From contig OZ024748.1 of the NCBI GenBank assembly GCA_964016885.1, forward strand, positions 48,422,001 to 48,486,000: 64,000 nt of DNA, given 5' to 3'. Shown here piece after piece: positions 53,555-64,000 of this stretch (the first letter of the stretch is position 1; each line of letters opens with the position of its first letter). The notes under the pieces were generated by a model. The model made no database searches. It was not told where the DNA came from and saw nothing but the letters and a program-made list of their open reading frames with translations. The stretch is from Eledone cirrhosa. Lineage: Eukaryota. Made by a program: the position numbers and the translations under genes.

Positions 53555-53934
53555 TATATATAAATATACATATATATGTTTATATATAAATATATATATA
53601 TATGTATATTAATATATATATATATATAAATACAAACACATATATATATTTCTGCAAAAACGAGGTAATAGGCTTGATATGTATCAAAAGTATTTGTTGT
53701 GAATATTAAATACATTTATGGAGTGAGACAGGATTAAACAGAGTAGAGATAGCATCAGTAAATGGTGGGGTGTGTAGTAGTGGCAGCAAGTGTGTAAATA
53801 TTGGGATATAGGTGATGATATAGATAAGGTGAAAACATATACACCATAGCATGCCGTGTATATATATATAGAGAGAGGGGAGACAGGCACCACACCACAT
53901 ACATACATACATACACACTACATCACATTATACC

Positions 53935-56445
<2,511 letters not shown>

Positions 56446-56626
56446 TTGTTATACTTTGGCAGGGTCATGTTGCCAATAAGAAACACACGCACCAGTTGCT
56501 TTCACTTCAATTTATTATATATTTATAAATTACAAATTTATAAATCTATAAATTTCTGGTTGGTTGGTTGGTTCCACAACCAGATAGTTGTTTATATATA
56601 GTCATAGTTCTTTCGTCACACACTCT

Positions 56627-56968
56627 ATTAACTGTAAAACTAGAAATGTAGTGTATAGCATAAGATGTACTGAAGGACAATGTAGAGACAAAAATATAGT
56701 GTACATAGGTGAGACAGCTAGTAGTGTAGGGGAACGGTTAAATGAACACTGGCGAGACCTTCAAGATAATAAAGAATCCTCTGTACTCTACCAACATGCT
56801 AAGATAGAACACAAGGGTAAATTAGAGAACATAGAAATAAAAATAGAATCTACACACAGAAAAGACGCAATGTTTAGACAAATTACAGAGGCAATAAACA
56901 TAAAAGAATTACAACCAAAATTAAATAGAAAATATGAGTGGAACAGCAACATCACAACTTACAATTAA
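56627..56968 (+). CDS. GIY-YIG endonuclease domain of a Penelope-like element (C-terminal fragment)
   Basis: INCKTRNVVYSIRC..C..VYIGET..ERLNEH..VLYQH..RQITEAINI..LNRKYEW; open frame, no native start. Confidence 0.85.
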   Translation: MNCKTRNVVYSIRCTEGQCRDKNIVYIGETASSVGERLNEHWRDLQDNKESSVLYQHAKIEHKGKLENIEIKIESTHRKDAMFRQITEAINIKELQPKLNRKYEWNSNITTYN

Positions 56969-57162
56969 GGACAAAATGAAAACACACACACACATAGAAC
57001 AAACAACCAACCATGTAAATAAACAAATAGATAAATGAACATAAACACACACAGACACCCGGACGTGGCGCATGCGCAGACTGAGCACACAACACACACA
57101 CAGAAACAAAATGGCGTAGGACAGAACAAAGGAGAAGCACAGAAACAAAGAAAGGAATCCCC

Positions 57163-57207
57163 AGTCACTGAAGAGGTCACAGAGTGTGTGACGAAAGAAC
57201 TATGACT
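57163..57207 (+). ncRNA. Minimal type I hammerhead ribozyme in PLE pseudo-LTR
   Basis: AGTCA-CTGAAGA-G-GTCAC(AGAGTGT)GTGAC-GAAAG-AA-CTA-TGACT: stems I and II pair perfectly; predicted cleavage after 57202. Confidence 0.75.
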
Positions 57208-57256
57208 ATATATAGACAACTATCTGGTTGTGGAACCAACCAACCAGAAATTTATT

Positions 57257-57900
57257 AAAAAATTAGAAATAAGATGTTGTTTACTCGAGAGAAGGCTACG
57301 TTGGTATGGTCACGTGATGCGCATGAAAGACGACAGCTGTATAACAAAGTGCAGGGCAATAAAGATAGACGGTAGCCACGGATTAGGCAGACCCAGAAAA
57401 ACCTGGGACGAGCTGATAAATTCCGACCTCACACACTTACACCTCTCCAAGACAATGTCACTGGACCGAGACCTTTAGCGGTACTCAGTAATAGAGAAGA
57501 CCCGCCTTACCTAAATACAAAGTAAAACCTACTCCAGTCAGTAGACATCTCTAACAAAATACACCACCGTCCCACCTCCCCCACCCCATCCACACCGCCC
57601 CTTTCAACGTAAAATTATGTTGGAGCCACAACATCCAGCCCGAAATAAATGAGATCGTGTAGGTGTCACGACAAAAAAACACACAGTCCACGCTGTAATG
57701 TGGCCGTGTAGGCAACACGGTAAAAACCTCCCAGCCCCACACTGTAAATGTGGTTGGTGTTAGGAAGGGCATCCAGCTGTAGAAAACCCGCCAGACAGTC
57801 CTATGCGAGCAATGACAACCACTCTTGCCTCAAGTGGGAAAACTCCCGTCCAAACCCATGCAAGCGTGGAACACGGACGTTAAACGTTGATGATGATGAT
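57257..57900 (+). mobile_element. RTE family A LINE 3' fragment
   Basis: KKLEIRCCLLERRLRWYGHV...GRPRKTW, 3' UTR, GAT tail into TA repeats. Confidence 0.92.
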
Positions 57901-58062
57901 ATATGTGTATATATATATATATATATATACATATATAAGTTAAAACAATGAAATAAAAATTCAAGTCATTAGAAATATACTTCACTGCTTTACGATCGTT
58001 TCTAGGTGATGATAATACATTGTACAGCCGTTGTCATGCAGACTAAACGATGATGATGATGA

Positions 58063-58150
58063 TATATATATATGTATATATATATATATGTATATATATA
58101 TGTATATGTATATATATATATGTATATGTATGTATGTGTATATATATATG

Positions 58151-58181
<31 letters not shown>

Positions 58182-58252
58182 GTATATATATATATATGTA
58201 TATATATGTATATATATATATGTATATATATATATATGTATATATATATATG

Positions 58253-58285
<33 letters not shown>

Positions 58286-58378
58286 GTATATATGTATATA
58301 TATATGTATATATGTATATATATGTATATATATGTATATATGTATGTATGTATATATATATATGTATGTATATATATG

Positions 58379-58430
<52 letters not shown>

Positions 58431-58434
58431 TATG

Positions 58435-58527
<93 letters not shown>

Positions 58528-58646
58528 GTATATATATGTATGTATATATATGTATATATATGTATGTATATATGTATGTATATATATGTATATATATGTA
58601 TGTACATATGTATATATATATATGTATGTATATATATATATGTATG

Positions 58647-58699
<53 letters not shown>

Positions 58700-58736
58700 G
58701 AATGTCTATATATGTATGTATATATATGTATGTAAG

Positions 58737-58829
<93 letters not shown>
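58063..58829. repeat. Interrupted (TA)/(TG) array
   Basis: Direct reading. Confidence 0.97.
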
Positions 58830-58864
58830 AGTCTACGACCTCTTTTATACCATAAACGTGGTTC

Positions 58865-58993
58865 TGAGTAAACTGGAGCATTGTGAAATAAAGTGTCTTG
58901 CTCAAGGAAATAACACATCACCCAGTCTGAGAATTGAACTCATAACCTTTCGATTGCAAAGCCAATGCTCTGACCACTAAGCCATGTACCTCC
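58865..58993 (-). mobile_element. SINE family 1 head plus CORE-like body only
   Basis: A and B boxes plus CCTTGAGCAAGACAC; no tail. Confidence 0.8.
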
Positions 58994-59116
58994 ATTGTAT
59001 ATATATATGTATATGTATATATATATGTATATGTATATATATATATCTATATGTATATATATACAATGCCTTTATGGTAAATAAAGAAATATATATCTAT
59101 ATATATATATATGTAT

Positions 59117-60192
59117 ACCCTTTAGCGGCCAATAGTGGTATAAGCTCTCTGAACTTTTTCCATCCCGTTCTAACTCTAGCTACTTTCAGAGCACCCTCCC
59201 CCACTGCTGATTTTGTCACCCAGGTAATGGAAGGTGTCCACTAATTCTATAGAACCCTCTGCGCAAGTGAAAGAGCTAGTATTTTGTGGGCACTTGCTGC
59301 TACTTATTGCACCAGAGCACCGGCCACATATAAAATCTATATTCTTAGTTAGCTTACCTGTGATTCCACTACATCTTTTATGCACCCATACTTTGCATTT
59401 GGCACATAAAATGGAGTTTCTGCCTATTCCTTTCCTACACACTGAGCATGGCCATTTCCCAGATGGGACTGGTGCCCTATTTTCCTTCCTACAAACTAAA
59501 ACTTTTGTCTTATACAGGTTAATTTTAAGGCCTTTTGATTCTAGGCCATGCTTCCATATTTAGAATTTCTTCTCTAGTTCAGCCATTGATTCAGCTATGA
59601 GCGTTAGATCATCTGTGTATAGGAGTTCCCATGGGCAGCCGGTCTTAAACTCCTCTGTTATAGCCTGAAGGGCAATAATAAATAAGAGGGGGCTAAGGAC
59701 AGAGCCTTGGTGAACACCAACTTTTACACTAAATTCTTCACAATGTTCATTGTTAATTCTAACCTTACTGACTGTTTCATTATACATAGCTTGTATAGCT
59801 CTCACAAGCCATTCATCTACACCTAGATTTCTAAGAGCCCACCAGATAATGGAGTGGGGGACTCTGTCAAAGGCTTTCTCCAAGTCAACAAAAGCTAAGT
59901 ATAGGGGTTTACTTTTAGCTAGGTACTTCTCCTGTAGTTGTCGTACAATGAAAAGAGCGTCTGTGGTACTTTTACCTGAGACAAACCCGAACTGCATTTC
60001 ATCTAGATCAATTCGCTCTCTGATTAGTTGCGCTATTACTTTTTCTGTGACCTTCATGACCTGGTCGATTAATTTAATGCCTCTATAGTTACCCCTATCT
60101 AGGGCATCTCCTTTACCCTTGTAACAGTTAATGATGATGCTGCTACGCCAGTCCTTCGGAACGCCCCCATTCTGTATGACTTGGTTTACTAT
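59117..60192 (-). mobile_element. RTE family A internal RT fragment, truncated at both ends
   Basis: RT motifs through FHYLGD..FRELIPLL, in-frame stop; no 3' UTR; (TA)n on both sides. Confidence 0.92.
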
Positions 60193-60253
60193 ATATATAT
60201 ATATATATATATTTATGTATGTATGTGTCTATATATATGTATATATCTAAATA

Positions 60254-60291
<38 letters not shown>

Positions 60292-60324
60292 CACTTATAT
60301 ATATAAGTGTGTATGGGTGCATGC

Positions 60325-60439
<115 letters not shown>

Positions 60440-60537
60440 TGCGGGGGGTAAAAAGAAAAAGGAAAAAATAGAAGGTACCTATTTGTTTATGATGTAAAAT
60501 GAAGCAATGCTACTGTATAAATAACAATAAAAATAAG

Positions 60538-60696
60538 GGTGATGATGATGATGGTGGTGATGATAACATGATGGTGATGATGGTGATGATAATGATGGTG
60601 ATGATGGTGGTCAGGATAATGATGGTGATGATGATGGTGAAGGTGGTGATGATGGTGAAGGTGGTGATGATGGTGATGATGATAATGATGATGATG
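60538..60696. repeat. (GAT/GGT)n tract
   Basis: Direct reading. Confidence 0.9.
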
Positions 60697-61139
60697 TAAA
60701 AATCAATATGTTTGGGCCTATGAAAGCATGAATGTTAATGTGTTAATGAATGCAAGTGTGATAGAACCATCACAGTATGGTTAATTGCACAAATGATGCT
60801 TTATGAAAAGGAAAAAAACATCCAACAAAAAAGTCTGTTTATCCATATATGGGCGTGTCAATCTGATATTATATAATTATCGTTTGTTGCTTAATATATT
60901 TAATAATATACATAGATTTTTCATTTGTATCTTTATTTGTCGTCGTTATATATAATTTTTCTGGAGAGGAGGGGGGGGTTGGTGTTTGTGTTTTTAACTT
61001 TGGTAGATACACATAAAAATACATACATACATACATACAAGCATTCATTCATATATGCACATATGTATATACACATACATGCACACGTATGTATATACAC
61101 ACAGTCAAAACACTCAGGGTTCACAAATAGCTTGCCATC

Positions 61140-61862
61140 CACCATCACATCACCACCACCACCACCACTATAGTCCTCCTGCCACCAACAGCCCCATTGC
61201 CAACACCAACACCACCACCACCATTCTCCCACCAAACATCAACACCACCACCATCAACTCTCACCCCCTCAACACCACTACCAACAACATCAACGACACC
61301 ATGCCACTACCAACACCACCAAACCTACTACCATCCAGTCTCCATCACCGCTCCCCCCCCCCACCACCACCACCACCATCACCACCCCCACCAGTCTCTA
61401 CCCCCCACATCACTGCCATCTTCCAACCACCACACCACCACCTCCTTTCCCACCACCATCTCCCACCTCCACACCACCACCACCACCACCATCTCCCACC
61501 TCCACACCACCACCACCACCACCATCTCCCACCTCCACCACCACCACCATCTCCCACCTCCACCACCATATCCCACCTCCACCAACCCACCTCCACCACC
61601 TCCACACCACCACCACCACCATCTCCCAGCTCCACACCACCACCACCACACCACCATCTCCCACCTCCACACCACCACCATCTCCCACCTCCACACCTCC
61701 ACCACCATCTCCCACCTCCACACCACCACCATCTCCCACCTCCACACCACCACCACCTCCACACCACCACCACCTCCCACCTCCACACCACCACCATCTC
61801 CCACCTCCACACCACCACCACCTCCACCTCCACCACCACCTCCACACCACCACCACCCAACC
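61140..61862. repeat. (CCA)-rich minisatellite (CCACCATCTCCCACCTCCACA units)
   Basis: Direct reading. Confidence 0.9.
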
Positions 61863-61974
61863 ATCATTAGACATCTATAGACATAAAGGCAATATTAAAA
61901 CAGCCTGGTTGCTATATTACAACAGTTAATCATTCATCAAAGAGGCTCATTATAATAATCTTTACATACATATA

Positions 61975-62042
<68 letters not shown>

Positions 62043-62076
62043 TGTGTGTATATACACAGACACTCTCCTTCTCTCC

Positions 62077-62135
<59 letters not shown>

Positions 62136-62229
62136 AACATACACACACATGTATGTGCATGCAACTGCTAACTGAACTAAGAGAGAGTAGGCTAGACTGC
62201 TTATTCAATGGCTTGTGTAGACTTCACTT

Positions 62230-62758
62230 ACCACCACCTCCACCACCTACATCACCACCACCACCACCACCACCACCCTCATCAATACAACCATCACAAC
62301 CACCGTCATCAACACCACAACTATCACAACCACCGACATCAACACCACAACCATCCCCACCACCACCACCACCATCATCAACACCACCAGCATCAACACC
62401 ACAACCATCCCCACCACCGACACCAACACCACAACCATCCCCACCACCACCACCACCATCATCAACACCACCAGCATCAACACCACAACCATCCCCACCA
62501 CCACCACAACCATCCCCACCACCACCACAACCATCCCCACCACCACCACCATCATCAACACCATAACCATCCCCACCACCACCACCATCCCCCCCACCAC
62601 CACCACCATCACCAGCATCAACACCATCACCATCCCCACCACCACATCCCCACCACCACAACCATCCCCACCACCACAACCATCCCCACCACCACATCAT
62701 CAACACCACAACCATCCCCACCACCACATCATCAACACCACAACCATCCCCACCACCA
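62230..62758. repeat. (CCA/CAA)-rich minisatellite (CATCAACACCACAACCATCCCCACCAC units)
   Basis: Direct reading. Confidence 0.9.
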
Positions 62759-63099
62759 GTGTTGAGGAGGAGGTGGAAGAGGAAGTAGCCCCATGCTCCA
62801 CCTACCAAAAAGTGAGAAAAGGGTTTTTAACATCTTAACATGCAACAGTGTGTGGTGAGAGGTGGTGGCAGTGACGGTGAGGGTGTAAATGGCATTGTAG
62901 TGGTTGTGGTGGTGGTGGTGATGTTTTAGCGGGGGGGGGGGGGTTATGTTATAGTGGTGGTGTAGGTAGTTTATATGGTGCTGGTGGTGAGGAGAATATA
63001 CCATGCATAACAAAGAACTACTAAAATGATAGATTTTTGGTGGAAAACCCCTCATCTGGGATGCCACATGCAGTGACACCATCTTGTTTTTGTGAACTG

Positions 63100-63288
63100 T
63101 CAAAAAAGCAAAATGGTGTAGTACAGAAGAAAGGAGAGACACAAATTAGCAAATTAGTTACTGAGGAGGTCACAGAAAGTGTGATAAAAGAGCTTTGACA
63201 ATAAACAAATAAACAATATAATAAATTAAAGTGAAAACCAACAGGTGCATATGTTTTTATTGGCAGCATGACCCTCCCAAAGTATAAC
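63100..63288 (+). mobile_element. Solo degenerate PLE pseudo-LTR related to 56446-57255
   Basis: CAAAATGGTGTAGTACAGAA, CTGAGGAGGTCACAGAAAGTGTGAT (decayed hammerhead), TTATTGGCAGCATGACCCTCCCAAAGTATAAC end followed by (TA)n. Confidence 0.75.
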
Positions 63289-63325
63289 TATATATATATA
63301 GAGAGAGAGAGAGGGAGAGAGAGAG

Positions 63326-63744
63326 AGAATAAGGAAAATGCAAACTTTGATATAGATGACCTTTATTAACAAAGCTGTGATACATATTTCAATGACGATT
63401 GTGGCTCCAAGATTGTTCAATCATGTGACCAGTCACATGATATCATCAGACAGCATCTTATGTAATAAGCTTATGTTTCTGTAGCAATCCAATCAAGGGA
63501 ACAGACAGAAATGCTCAGGAACGGATTATGGCTATGAAAACATCATTTTTGTCTGCTCCCTTATCTTTAGATTGGATTCCCTCGGAAATATAACCTTATT
63601 ACATAAGATGCAGTCTGATGATATCGTGACTGGTTATATGATTGAACAATCATGTAACCCCAATCATCGTTGAAATATATATCACAGCTTTGTTAATAAA
63701 GGACTCTTTAACATCTACACCGAACTTTGCATTTTCCTTATTCT
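63326..63744. mobile_element. MITE / foldback element with long imperfect inverted arms
   Basis: AGAATAAGGAAAATGCAAA...CCTTTATTAACAAAGCTGTGATA...GCATCTTATGTAATAAG mirrored by CTTATTACATAAGATGC...TATCACAGCTTTGTTAATAAAGG...TTTGCATTTTCCTTATTCT. Confidence 0.8.
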
Positions 63745-63886
63745 ACATATACTCCATCATTGACTGATAAATCATATTTGGAAGAAAATAGATGACATTG
63801 CGTGCTTAAATCAAATGACATCATTATTCTCTGATTGGTGAGTTGCATACACAATCCCGATTAGTCAACATGTTTACTGTAAGTAT

Positions 63887-64000
63887 ATCATCATCACCGT
63901 TTAACATCCAGTCTTCCACGCTAGCATAGGTTAGATGAGTTGTCCTGTTGTGGGCAATGCTAGGTCAGGTGACCATGTCTTGGTCATACAGAACTGATTT
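63887..64000 (-). mobile_element. RTE-tail retroelement 3' end, cut by window edge
   Basis: Reverse complement resembles 40-160. Confidence 0.7.

Larger units (their letters stand above)
56446..57255 (+). mobile_element. 5'-truncated Penelope-like element (Naiad-like) with inverted pseudo-LTR
   Basis: GIY-YIG frame plus 3' UTR with hammerhead; 56548-56626 is the reverse complement of 57181-57255; 56446-56525 is the reverse complement of the tail seen in the related copy at about 63215-63288. Confidence 0.85.

Noticed and set aside
56627-57160. Selenoprotein-type Naiad (Sec codon plus SECIS)
   Set aside because: No in-frame TGA in the retained frame and no recognisable SECIS in the 3' UTR.
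61055-62808. Pro/His/Thr-rich extensin- or mucin-like ORFs; also poly-Val and poly-Asn ORFs at 8.0-9.2 kb
   Set aside because: Trinucleotide-derived low-complexity DNA open in several frames, with no splice or domain support.

Overview
Eukaryotic, AT-rich, repeat-saturated window with no recognisable intact host gene; it is probably intergenic or intronic DNA. The repeat families resemble those I recall from octopus/coleoid cephalopod genomes (inference). Most ORF-track entries are translations of (TA)/(CA)/(TG)/(CCA) microsatellites. Real content: (1) about a dozen copies of a young RTE-clade LINE (family A) with a C4HC3 PHD-type finger inside the RT and a (GAT)n tail, most of them embedded in (TA)n and three stacked head-to-tail at 45.3-51.8 kb; (2) a second RTE family (B) and a bipartite non-autonomous RTE derivative; (3) several tRNA-derived SINE families, one with a tail built from parts of both RTE families; (4) Penelope-like element fragments with GIY-YIG domains, an inverted pseudo-LTR and minimal hammerhead ribozymes; (5) R4/Dong, Tx1 and CR1-group LINE relics; (6) a Tc1/mariner (probably DD37D/maT) 5' fragment, a non-autonomous Helitron and a MITE; (7) an RPL4 processed-pseudogene fragment; (8) interrupted TA arrays of up to 2.5 kb. 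The most interesting signal is an apparent TA-microsatellite-targeting retroelement system (PHD-RT LINE plus partner SINE). All family and clade names come from motif recognition by eye, not from database searches.
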